A DNA stretch of 42,535 nucleotides from an uncultured Candidatus Saccharibacteria bacterium. Lineage in GTDB: Bacteria > Patescibacteriota > Minisyncoccia > Phycocordibacterales > UBA2100. The translations under genes and the position numbers were made by a program. The stretch spans positions 1 to 42,535 of the forward strand of contig CAYMRY010000002.1 of NCBI GenBank assembly GCA_964393065.1. Direction: 5' to 3'. The notes below the pieces were generated by a model that had not been told where the DNA came from, did no database searches, and saw only the letters and a list, made by a program, of their open reading frames with translations. Every line of letters begins with the position of its first letter. Positions within the stretch are counted from its first letter, which is position 1. Positions 24,798 through 33,325 of this stretch are shown here, piece after piece.

Positions 24798-25739
24798 ATG
24801 GCACGCCGCACCTCACGAATCCCTTTGCAGACGCTGGATGACGGGGGATGGCAGCTTTCACTCGACCGTGCAGAGCAACCCGGCGATATCTTAGGACTCT
24901 CGCAATACAATACGCCGCTTATGCGCGCGCTACTTTCTATCGTTTGTGCCAGTATCATGTTCTATGGCGTTTTGCCGCAGCAACTCGCTGCATACCACCT
25001 TCACGATTTTGTAAGCCGCGCGGATTCATTGCAACTTGAACTACTGCAGCGTATGTCGGGGGAAATTTACACCCATACGTATCTGGTCAAAGAAGGGAGA
25101 GATAAACCCGTGTACGTTGCAAAGGTGAAAAACATGTTGCCTGAGAAAGCTCGACAAGTTCCCTTACGCACTGATACCGTTCGCGAATGGCGGCTCGGTC
25201 AATTGCGCAAAAGCGTTATTGAGTACAATGTTACTCCCCCCTATCGCACGGCCTATCTCATTCTTAATGACGATACGCAAAAACAGCGCTTGGAGTTTAA
25301 AGAGGACTGCGCAAAAGACACGAGAACACCCTCGAAGACACTGTGTGCGGAAACGGGTACGACACACGAAATAGATCTGACCCGAAAGGCATTTGATCAA
25401 GTGCACAATATCAGCAGTTTGTACGAGCCCAGCCTCGTGAACCACACGACTGACGAGGCTCCTTCACTCTCGTCATCGCTGCAATTTCTTAAGACGACAA
25501 TTGAGAATGGAAACAGGTATTGGATATTTGTGCATGAAGAAGATGGCATCGAAACTCTGTATTATTTTGACGCAGAGAGCCACATTCTTGCAAAACGAGT
25601 CATTACCCTTATTGAGGGTAATGCGCGTTATGAGATGGCTGAGCTTGTGGAATTAGGTCACACTTTTTTACCACCCCAAGCGAGCGATCAAATATTCGAT
25701 CCTCGGGAATTCGCGTATACCAAATCTTCTCATCGGTAA
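24798..25739 (+). CDS. membrane-anchored hypothetical protein
   Basis: The ATG at 24798 lies downstream of the terminator at 24692-24727; the longer ORF from 24588 would cross that terminator. One TM helix (LMRALLSIVCASIMFYGVL). No recognisable domain. Confidence 0.6.
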   Translation: MARRTSRIPLQTLDDGGWQLSLDRAEQPGDILGLSQYNTPLMRALLSIVCASIMFYGVLPQQLAAYHLHDFVSRADSLQLELLQRMSGEIYTHTYLVKEGRDKPVYVAKVKNMLPEKARQVPLRTDTVREWRLGQLRKSVIEYNVTPPYRTAYLILNDDTQKQRLEFKEDCAKDTRTPSKTLCAETGTTHEIDLTRKAFDQVHNISSLYEPSLVNHTTDEAPSLSSSLQFLKTTIENGNRYWIFVHEEDGIETLYYFDAESHILAKRVITLIEGNARYEMAELVELGHTFLPPQASDQIFDPREFAYTKSSHR

Positions 25740-25749
25740 ACTTTCGGAT

Positions 25750-26817
25750 TTAGCGAAGTCGTCGTGCGTTCACTTCATGCAGCGCGACAATGAAGAGGCT
25801 TTCACTCCATCCAAGCGGTGTGTTCTCATTATATTTTGTCGAGTTTGAAAAGTAGAGCTCAGGGATGGCGCCTGATTTGGTCGCGGTATCTTTTGCCATT
25901 TGGAAGAATTCACGAGCCTTTTCGTGTTCCCCGCGACGCTCATAGATAATCGCGAGCCAGGAGAGGCCAAACGTCCATTCGGCTTCTTCGGACCAGCCGT
26001 CCTCGTTTTTGTTGTAGTAACGATCTCCCTTGTAACGAATAACGCCTCGCTTACCAAGCAGATGATACTCGACATGACTCAGTATCTCGTCGGCCTGAGC
26101 TTTCGTGACAACGTCGTATGGCCACAGAAGCGAAAGGAGTGCAAGATCAACGAATTTACCCGCAGATTCACGCGGTAAGAGGTGCGCGAGCGTAGTCTCA
26201 CCTTTCACGATCAAATCTTCAGGTACTTCGACTCCTGCAATATATCGCGCGGATTTAAGTCCCGCTACACATGCTCCTACCGAAGACGCATGAAGCTCTT
26301 GATTCTCCTCCCACATACCCGAATCCGGGTCGTGCCAGTACTCAAGCGTGGAGAGGTACCATACTAATTTCTGTAGAATGCGCACGTCGTCATCGTCGGT
26401 CACAATCAATCCCTTTTGATGCCGCTCCATTTCACCGACCTTAAAAAGAATGCACCCTATGGAATCATTCTGTTTGTTCCCCCACTCTTCCCAAAATTCA
26501 TCGAACGTGAGGGGGTGGTAACGCGCGTGAATATACTGATGCGTGTGCTCGGGCTTTTTTGCAATGGCATGATCAATTTTACTTTCGTGCTTTTTAAAAA
26601 TATCCAAAATAGCGCGATATGTCTTTCGCACAGTGTCATAGTCGCCGACTACTTCAAAGGCGAGACATTCGTAATAGTTGTCTCGCAACCATGCTTTATC
26701 GTAGCCTGTATCTACCCCTTTGCGTGAGGCTGCAAAAAGGCCGCTCTCATACTGTAAATCGCTAAGAATCTTTAAATGCTGAGCAAGTAATTTTTGATAT
26801 ATCGGATGTTCGGCCAT
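25750..26817 (-). CDS. glycoside hydrolase family 15 catalytic-domain protein (glucoamylase/trehalase-like)
   Basis: Motifs DKAWLRDNYY, WGNKQNDSIG, DSGMWEENQELHASSVG and WSESL fit the GH15 (alpha/alpha)6 barrel. At 355 aa it has the catalytic domain only. Confidence 0.8.
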   Translation of the reverse strand: MAEHPIYQKLLAQHLKILSDLQYESGLFAASRKGVDTGYDKAWLRDNYYECLAFEVVGDYDTVRKTYRAILDIFKKHESKIDHAIAKKPEHTHQYIHARYHPLTFDEFWEEWGNKQNDSIGCILFKVGEMERHQKGLIVTDDDDVRILQKLVWYLSTLEYWHDPDSGMWEENQELHASSVGACVAGLKSARYIAGVEVPEDLIVKGETTLAHLLPRESAGKFVDLALLSLLWPYDVVTKAQADEILSHVEYHLLGKRGVIRYKGDRYYNKNEDGWSEEAEWTFGLSWLAIIYERRGEHEKAREFFQMAKDTATKSGAIPELYFSNSTKYNENTPLGWSESLFIVALHEVNARRLR

Positions 26818-26833
26818 GAGTGTATTCTATCTT

Positions 26834-26867
26834 AAAAAAAAGGCACCCCACTGTGAACAGCGGGGCG
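26834..26867 (-). terminator. strand-specific rho-independent terminator inside the GH15 leader
   Basis: The minus-strand RNA reads CGCCCCGCUG-UUCA-CAGUGGGGUG, a 10-bp stem including two G.U pairs that would be C.A mismatches on the plus strand. It is followed by CC and U8. Confidence 0.8.
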
Positions 26868-26972
26868 GCCAGTATTTTTTGCGACTCGGACTTCGTCCGG
26901 CCTCACCATGTGCACCCTTAGCGCAAATGGCAAGATCAAGGGAAAGGCTCACTGCCTCGCCCCGTCGCTCTA
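26868..26972 (-). promoter_or_regulatory. structured 5' leader (candidate riboswitch/attenuator) of the GH15 gene
   Basis: It lies between a near-consensus promoter and the terminator. CGGGGCG (26964-26958) is complementary to the 5' arm of the terminator. GCGAC/GUCGC could close a P1-like helix. No convincing protein-coding potential. Confidence 0.45.
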
Positions 26973-26978
26973 CGTGGA

Positions 26979-27006
26979 ATAATACACGATATTGCTATTT
27001 TGTCAA
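26979..27006 (-). promoter_or_regulatory. sigma70-type promoter
   Basis: On the minus strand: TTGACA (27006-27001), a 16-nt spacer, then TATTAT (26984-26979). Confidence 0.6.
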
Positions 27007-27043
27007 TAGTTTCAAGTGGCTCAACAAAGCCACGTATTCAGTG

Positions 27044-27919
27044 TTATCTTGAAATATCCTTTAGGACCGCCAATAGCCCTGCAAGATTTCTCTCCCACTC
27101 AATTGACTCATGACTTGAAAGTTCGACGGTAATCGCAGGAATTCCGATTGAGGCAAGCCAGCCCTCAGCATCCCCTGTTACGGGGTATGCATCAAATGTA
27201 TCCACTGTGGGGTAGTTTGCGGCTTTTGCGTAGGTATTCATCAGCGTTCGAGTACCGGGCAGTATCCCCTCTTCACATTCTGATGCATAGACTGCATTTG
27301 CTTGGCTGTGCCAGAATATGACGCCGTCGGGCTTACGTGATTGCACGAGTGAGCGAAGTGCGCGTGCTTCGGGTTCTGAAAAAGGCTCCGTGCCTGCGCT
27401 TACTGTTTGCGAACGCCACGTACTCTCTCGTTTCCACTTGCAATCAAAATTGCGATTGAGATCAACGTCGTTGGCATTGAACCGTCCCTCTTCATGCGTC
27501 CCCTCGGGCACATCTGAGAGTCCAAATCGTCCTTCTTTCTTGATGATGGTAAACACGCCATCCGGATTTGCATTCGGCACAATAGTGACACGAAGAGAAG
27601 ACGGGATTATATCCGGGTATTTCTTGAGGTAATCGATCGCTTCGTAGGCAAGAAGAACGCTATTCCATTCATACCCACCATGAATGCCTCCCACAAAAAG
27701 AATCGTCGACGAGCCTGAGCCAAATGTATATGCCTCAATGGGACGACCTTGAACGGAATACCCAATGGTAGATATAGTCGCGTAAGGGACGGCCGTCTCT
27801 TTCGCGACTATAGGGAGAGGTTCCGGTTGCGGCAGTAGGTACCCATAGCTAAGAACCGCAGCTATCGCCGCTAAAACGACACTCCCGCCAATAACTCTCC
27901 AGCGAAGTGACTGTAGCAT
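27044..27919 (-). CDS. membrane-anchored M14-family zinc carboxypeptidase (catalytic residues retained)
   Basis: Motifs GGIHGGYEWN, NPDG, DLNRNF, FWHSQ and ITVELS correspond to the M14 metal and catalytic positions. An N-terminal TM anchor is present. Confidence 0.8.
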   Translation of the reverse strand: MLQSLRWRVIGGSVVLAAIAAVLSYGYLLPQPEPLPIVAKETAVPYATISTIGYSVQGRPIEAYTFGSGSSTILFVGGIHGGYEWNSVLLAYEAIDYLKKYPDIIPSSLRVTIVPNANPDGVFTIIKKEGRFGLSDVPEGTHEEGRFNANDVDLNRNFDCKWKRESTWRSQTVSAGTEPFSEPEARALRSLVQSRKPDGVIFWHSQANAVYASECEEGILPGTRTLMNTYAKAANYPTVDTFDAYPVTGDAEGWLASIGIPAITVELSSHESIEWERNLAGLLAVLKDISR

Positions 27920-28815
27920 TATTGCGTCTGTTTAAGCACCGCTTCTATCCCCTTTAGATTCTTAGTCCACTCGGTATCTTCACGATTAGTGAGAAGTACG
28001 CTGATTGCAGGAATACCAATCTTCGAGAGCCAGTTCGGCATATCACCGGTTACTTCATAGAAATCGAAATCAGCGTACTTTTTGTAGCCAGATGCCTTCG
28101 CATACGCATCGGTAAGTGCGAGTGTTGTTGAGGAGGGTTCTCCATCGCATTTCGACGGGAAGACACCGCCAACCGCGCTGTACCACACGACTACAGAACT
28201 CGGTTTGTTGAGTTCCATATAACTCTTCAGCGCCTGACTTTCGAGCTCAGAAAATGCCGCGCTGCCGCCGCTCACCTGTTTACTTTGCCACGTACCACTT
28301 GCCTTCCAATCGCAGTCGAAATTTCTGTTGAGATCGACCGCATTGCCGTTAAATCGCGCGGTTGTTTGCGTGCTTTGTGAGGGAGTGACTTGGGCTTTTG
28401 TAAATCGACTCGTTGTGCCTACGACGAGACTGAGACCATCAGGGTTCATGACTGGCACAATCGTTACTTTGGTGCCCGCAGGAATCGCTGTTGGATTCTT
28501 TTCAAAGTAATCCATCGCCTCATACGCGAGCAGTGATGTATTCCACGAGTATCCGCCGTGCATGCCACCTACAAACACAACCTCCCTGCTTCCTTCGCCA
28601 AAGTGATACGCAACAATATCGTTTCCCTTGACCGATTTTCCGATCACCGTCTTCGTTTTGTCGACAACAGGAGCAGGTACTTGTACCGTTGTATTTTGTG
28701 TTGTAGTTGCCTCGTTAGTCTTAGAGCTTACTACGTCGTTCGACTGTTGCAGATACCAATAGATACCGGCGCCGATAATGAGAATGCCTATGACCCCAGC
28801 AAGTATGTTTTTCAT
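27919..28815 (-). CDS. M14-like paralogue with degenerate active site (probable pseudo-peptidase)
   Basis: Collinear with the downstream paralogue, but GGMHGGYSWN (E to S), VWYSA (H to Y) and ISVLLT (E to L). Its TAA overlaps the next ATG by one nt (TAATG). Confidence 0.75.
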   Translation of the reverse strand: MKNILAGVIGILIIGAGIYWYLQQSNDVVSSKTNEATTTQNTTVQVPAPVVDKTKTVIGKSVKGNDIVAYHFGEGSREVVFVGGMHGGYSWNTSLLAYEAMDYFEKNPTAIPAGTKVTIVPVMNPDGLSLVVGTTSRFTKAQVTPSQSTQTTARFNGNAVDLNRNFDCDWKASGTWQSKQVSGGSAAFSELESQALKSYMELNKPSSVVVWYSAVGGVFPSKCDGEPSSTTLALTDAYAKASGYKKYADFDFYEVTGDMPNWLSKIGIPAISVLLTNREDTEWTKNLKGIEAVLKQTQ

Positions 28816-28874
28816 ACCGTAATCGTATCAGAAAAGCGGCACTTTTTCGAGCATGTACTGTGTTCCCACTAACG

Positions 28875-29636
28875 CTATGTGTGTGCTTTTTTGTGTACTA
28901 CTCCAGGACCCGCTTGATGCGTAGGCATGATCGTAAGCTCGCTGATTTGCACATGCTCTGGGGCGTATACGGCATAGGCGACAGCGTCCGCAACATCGCC
29001 CGCAGTAAGTGCTTCTATTCCTTCATAGACCGCATCTGCTTGTGCAGTATCTCCCTTAAAGCGTACGTTGCTGAAATTGGTCTCTGCCATACCCGGCTGG
29101 ATATTGGTTACGCGAATATTGTACGAGACTACTTCCTGACGTAGTGCATCGGAAATAAAACGAACTGCTGCTTTGGTCGCGCAATAGACAGCGCCTTGAG
29201 CGTAAGCCTGCGTCCCCGCTATTGATCCTATATTTACAATGTGCCCACTGTTGCGCGCAATCATTCCGCTAAGCGCTGAACGCGTCATGTAGAGCAACCC
29301 CTTAACATTGGTGTCGATCATGGTGTCCCAATCGCTCGGATCCCCCTCATACAAAGTCTTCATATCGAGTGCAAGGCCTGCATTGTTAATAAGCACGTCA
29401 ATGCTACGGCGTTCCTCCTTTAGCGTATTAAAAAACGATTCAGCGGCACTGCGATCCCTCACATCGAGCGGATACACATCCACGCGTGCCTCCTCGGTTT
29501 CCAGTTCTTTCTTGAGCCTTTCGAGCTTCTCGAGAGTTCGGGCAGTAAGAACGAGATGTGTTTTTTCTTGTGCAAAACGCTTTGCACATGCTTCACCAAT
29601 TCCACTCGAAGCTCCTGTTATGAGAATAGTTTTCAT
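28875..29636 (-). CDS. short-chain dehydrogenase/reductase (YdfG-like NADP-dependent 3-hydroxy acid dehydrogenase type)
   Basis: Motifs TGASSGIGEA, NNAG, and a Ser plus YCATK catalytic motif. 253 aa. Confidence 0.85.
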   Translation of the reverse strand: MKTILITGASSGIGEACAKRFAQEKTHLVLTARTLEKLERLKKELETEEARVDVYPLDVRDRSAAESFFNTLKEERRSIDVLINNAGLALDMKTLYEGDPSDWDTMIDTNVKGLLYMTRSALSGMIARNSGHIVNIGSIAGTQAYAQGAVYCATKAAVRFISDALRQEVVSYNIRVTNIQPGMAETNFSNVRFKGDTAQADAVYEGIEALTAGDVADAVAYAVYAPEHVQISELTIMPTHQAGPGVVHKKAHT

Positions 29637-29675
29637 ATTTCACTTCGTATATGTGTCACAGAATAACACATACGC

Positions 29676-30269
29676 CTACGGCTGCAGTGTTGCGTATACA
29701 ACGAGACGATGTGAGTAGGTTCCTCGTTTCTTACTCCACGATCCCGCACACGTAATAAGGTTGAGATACGCATCATCATGCGTATTAAAGAGACGTTCGC
29801 GAGGCACCTTTTCGAGCGGATACACTTTGACGTCAGTTACCCGGAATCGATGCACAGTGCCGCTCTCCATTGCGGATAGAATGTAATCACCTTCGCGAAC
29901 TTTATAAAGATTCTTGAATGCCGCATACACATGCGCATCAAAAACTGCGCTTCCTACATTCCCCGGAATCGTCCCATATTTGTACCAGCCCACCGAGGAT
30001 GTGCGTCCATCAGGCACATCCATCGCGCCGTTTGGGGTGAGCCCGACTTCAATAATCGGCGCATTAAGTGCAATAGAAGGAATCGCGAGAAGTGCCGGTT
30101 TTTGCTGTCGTTCAAACGATACTTCCTCTGCAGCAGCAGCATTCACTTCAACATGGAGCGAAATCCCATCGGATAAAGGTACCGAAGGGGAAAACGTATG
30201 TTCAGCATGAACTCCCGGAACGAGGAGTGTGATGAGAATAAGAAACGTAAGTGCAAATGAGCGTGCCAT
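29676..30269 (-). CDS. sortase-family transpeptidase
   Basis: Signal/anchor FALTFLILITLLVPGVHA. Catalytic His context SAVFDAHV, TLxTC-type motif LNLITCAG and Arg in SHRLVVYA. Confidence 0.85.
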   Translation of the reverse strand: MARSFALTFLILITLLVPGVHAEHTFSPSVPLSDGISLHVEVNAAAAEEVSFERQQKPALLAIPSIALNAPIIEVGLTPNGAMDVPDGRTSSVGWYKYGTIPGNVGSAVFDAHVYAAFKNLYKVREGDYILSAMESGTVHRFRVTDVKVYPLEKVPRERLFNTHDDAYLNLITCAGSWSKKRGTYSHRLVVYATLQP

Positions 30270-30358
30270 GAAGAAGCACTCATTGTAGGTATCTTCATCC
30301 TATCTCACAAGCGGGACTGTACGGTAACAAGCTATGAGACATTGCAGACTCACTTCAA

Positions 30359-30880
30359 GTGCGGCTGCATGAAATTGAGTATACTTACCTCAGGACAAAG
30401 CGGTTGGAGGTAGCCATGCGATGCGCGTCGGAGGAGCGTCTGGACTACACACTATGGTGGTTGAAAGTGACTCAGGAGGAAATTCACGATGATCCACGTA
30501 GTACATTGCGCGAGCATATTCATGAGCAGCATGCGATTGGATTTTTTGGTTGGGAGTTCGCCATCGACGAGTTGTATCGTAATCCGATAACTCTCGAGGA
30601 GAGACTCCTCCAGTACGAAGTCCGTGCCGTTCTTGGTATTGCACTCTCACGTGCGCTACAATTACTGCATACTGACTTCGCTTCAATGCGGCGGCTCCAC
30701 AATTGCGGCCGTGATGCGTACCGAGCACTGTCTCTTTTGGCGCTGCATGATCCACTGGTCACATGCCACGGAAAAATCGCCCTTAATGCGCTCTGCACGG
30801 TACGAATGCAGCGTTCTCTCATCGACACTGCCGCCTTGGGTTTTCAATTGTCAGGCGGTGAATATCAGGTCGTTTTTTAG
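30359..30880 (+). CDS. hypothetical cytoplasmic protein
   Basis: 173-aa ORF (GTG start; alternative ATG at 30416) followed by a terminator. No recognisable domain. Confidence 0.5.
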   Translation: MRLHEIEYTYLRTKRLEVAMRCASEERLDYTLWWLKVTQEEIHDDPRSTLREHIHEQHAIGFFGWEFAIDELYRNPITLEERLLQYEVRAVLGIALSRALQLLHTDFASMRRLHNCGRDAYRALSLLALHDPLVTCHGKIALNALCTVRMQRSLIDTAALGFQLSGGEYQVVF

Positions 30881-30884
30881 CTCT

Positions 30885-30917
30885 ACTGCCTCATCCAAGG
30901 ATGAGGCAGTCTTCTTA
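30885..30917 (+). terminator. rho-independent terminator
   Basis: Stem ACTGCCTCATCC / GGATGAGGCAGT (12 bp), then CTTCTTAATT. Confidence 0.55.
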
Positions 30918-31013
30918 ATTATCCTCAGTGAGCCATTGCGGATGTCTGTTGTATCAGTATTATTGGGGCGCACACTATTCGTGTGCTCAGCCCAGTAACG
31001 TGGAGAAAAATCA

Positions 31014-31448
31014 ATGCGTCCTTGTAGGCTCATGCACGCATGCGTGCTCGGACTAGCTCTTTTCACGCCACTCTCAAGCTCGACTGCCTTCGCAGCCGAA
31101 ATCAAAGCGGCCAAGCCACTCCAAGCGCCGACTGCTGCATCAAGCGATTGGATCGGCTTCGCGGTGTCGACAAACGGTCGGGTATTTTCCTCGAACTTCG
31201 GCACTGAGAACAATGCGCGCGACGACGCACTGAACGAATGCGAGGAGTCGTCACAACGCAGCTGCCAAGCAATCGCCGTGAAATGGAGCGCCGATGTGAG
31301 CATCCTGCACTGCAATGACGGCAGTACGCAAGGCGGCTTTCTCGGCGGTTCCGGAATCAATCGTGGTGCTGCCAATTGGCTCGCTCGCGACAAGGCCTCT
31401 AAGGCCGGGTTTTCGAACGGTGACTGCAAGTTCATCCACTTCTACTGA
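31014..31448 (+). CDS. secreted DUF4189-domain protein
   Basis: Signal peptide LMHACVLGLALFTPLSSSTAFA. The pattern WIGFAVSTNGRVFSS, ARDDALNECEESSQRSCQAIAV fits DUF4189. GC is about 62% in a hand-counted line. Confidence 0.7.
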   Translation: MRPCRLMHACVLGLALFTPLSSSTAFAAEIKAAKPLQAPTAASSDWIGFAVSTNGRVFSSNFGTENNARDDALNECEESSQRSCQAIAVKWSADVSILHCNDGSTQGGFLGGSGINRGAANWLARDKASKAGFSNGDCKFIHFY

Positions 31449-31472
31449 CTCGATTTTCGAGTAGCTGATTCT

Positions 31473-31505
31473 GGGCGTGCCTTCGTAGGCACGCCCCTTC
31501 TTTAA
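31473..31505 (+). terminator. rho-independent terminator
   Basis: Stem GGGCGTGCC / GGCACGCCC (9 bp), then CTTCTTTAAT. Confidence 0.6.
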
Positions 31506-31566
31506 TACTTGAAACAAACAACGATTTCCCGTGTATTATGAATGCATTAGGGATAGTATTCATTGC

Positions 31567-33312
31567 ATGTCACTTTTTACTTCAATCTTTTCTCGCGTCA
31601 GGTCACATCCTTTTATAATCATAGCGTTTCTTACCATTGTTGCGGGAGGCGGCTATTACGCATATGCGACGTATGCAACAACATCTAACGAGACACGCTA
31701 CGTACTCGGAACCGTGACAAAAGGAACCATTGTTTCCTCTATTTCCGCAAGTGGACAGGTTGCTTCGACGAATGAGACAGACATTAAAGCCAAGGTTGGC
31801 GGAGAAATAGTATCCGTAGCAGTAAAGACTGGACAGCGAGTGGCTCAGGGACAGGTTATTGCATCAATTGATAGCACAAACGCTCGCAGTGCAGTGACGG
31901 ATGCGGCTCTTGCGGTCGAGGAGGCGCGACTCAATCTCGAAGAAAGCACTCTCAAGGCTCCGATCGACTATAAAGCACTACAAGAAGATGTGGCACGCGC
32001 AAAGCGCGATCTCGACGATTCGTATGATGACGCCTATGTGGCGCTCGCAGAGGCATTCGTTAAAATCCCCGATATTGTCACAGGAGCGGATGCTATTTTA
32101 TACGATACCGATATATCAGTCGGTACTCAAAACATAGATGCCTATGCTAATCTCTTTATTTCGGCGGCGAACGATGATCAAACGACTGTAAAATCATTCG
32201 CCGCAAAAGCAGAGACTGATTATCTTCTCGCACGCGATGCATACACTAAGAGCGCTGCAACCTTTAAGAATCTTTCTCGCACATCAAGCCCCGAAGAAAT
32301 CAAAAGCGCGCTAGCGGAGGCCCGCACGATGGCAACGCTTCTTGCAAAAGCAGCAGGAAGTGAAACTAATCTCATAGATACAGTGATTGACATACTCGAG
32401 CGCAGAAATTGGACCATTGCTTCCGCGATCCCCTCTGCTCAAACGAAAGCCCGCGGCTTTGTCACGACAAGTAATAGCGTTGTTTCCAGTCTCACGGCGG
32501 CCGTTAAGGCGATCGATACCGCGCGTGACTCGCTTACCGACGCAGAGCACGCGCTCGAACTCGGCTCCATCGGAAGCGGTAACGGTAGCGACTCATTTGA
32601 CGTGAAGTTCTTGCAAAACACGCTCAAACAGAAGGAAGCAGCTCTTGTAGATGCACAGCAGACACTGGCGAACCATACGATACGTGCGCCATTTGGCGGC
32701 ATTGTTGCAACGCTCGACATTCTGCGCGGTGACACGGTTGCAAACGGTGGCTCGGTCGGAACACTTATTTCAGACCAGAAAATCGCGGAGCTCTCGCTCA
32801 ATGAAGTCGACGTCGCAAAAATTGAAATCGGAGACAAAGCGACACTCACCTTTGATGCGCTCGAAGCACTTACTCTTACTGGGTCGGTCGCTGAAATAAA
32901 TGCCGTCGGTACGGTTTCCCAAGGTGTCGTTTCGTACACGTTAAAAATTGGTTTTGATACACAAGACTCCCGAATAAAAAGTGGGATGACGGCCAACGCT
33001 TCGATCATTACGGATGTAGTGCAAGATGTGCTTGTTCTGCCACTCAGCGCAGTAAAAACTCAAAATGATTCCTCGACAGTACAGGTATTCTCACCAGAAT
33101 TGACCGCTGATAACACACCTCAGGGAGTAAACACTATACAGACACCACAATCCATACCGGTTGCAATCGGACTCTCGAGTGATACGTCGGTCGAAATACG
33201 TTCCGGTCTTTCTGAGGGGGCACAAGTCGTTGTTCGCACGATTAAACCCTCAACGACACAAGCAACAACAAACACCAGAGGCGCTACGGGAGGCCCGCCG
33301 ATTCGCTTTTAA
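31567..33312 (+). CDS. HlyD/MacA-type periplasmic adaptor (membrane fusion protein) with very long coiled-coil insert
   Basis: TM anchor FIIIAFLTIVAGGGYY. Lipoyl-like half-motifs KAKVGGEIVSVAVKTGQRVAQGQVIASID and IRAPFGGIVATLDILRGDTV are separated by about 290 aa of helical sequence. ATG at 31567. Confidence 0.8.
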   Translation: MSLFTSIFSRVRSHPFIIIAFLTIVAGGGYYAYATYATTSNETRYVLGTVTKGTIVSSISASGQVASTNETDIKAKVGGEIVSVAVKTGQRVAQGQVIASIDSTNARSAVTDAALAVEEARLNLEESTLKAPIDYKALQEDVARAKRDLDDSYDDAYVALAEAFVKIPDIVTGADAILYDTDISVGTQNIDAYANLFISAANDDQTTVKSFAAKAETDYLLARDAYTKSAATFKNLSRTSSPEEIKSALAEARTMATLLAKAAGSETNLIDTVIDILERRNWTIASAIPSAQTKARGFVTTSNSVVSSLTAAVKAIDTARDSLTDAEHALELGSIGSGNGSDSFDVKFLQNTLKQKEAALVDAQQTLANHTIRAPFGGIVATLDILRGDTVANGGSVGTLISDQKIAELSLNEVDVAKIEIGDKATLTFDALEALTLTGSVAEINAVGTVSQGVVSYTLKIGFDTQDSRIKSGMTANASIITDVVQDVLVLPLSAVKTQNDSSTVQVFSPELTADNTPQGVNTIQTPQSIPVAIGLSSDTSVEIRSGLSEGAQVVVRTIKPSTTQATTNTRGATGGPPIRF

Positions 33313-33325
33313 GTATTTCAGAACC

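Noticed and set aside
26881-26925. Resemblance of CUAAGGGUGC...GUCCGAGUCGC in the GH15 leader to the ykkC (guanidine/ppGpp/PRPP) riboswitch core, and of GAGGCCGGACGAAGUCCG to the SRP RNA apical hairpin.
   Set aside because: Only short word matches exist. The ykkC-defining CUAGGGUUCCG and ACGG...GGGA elements are absent, as are the SRP GGAA tetraloop and AGCA loop. The element is reported as unclassified instead.
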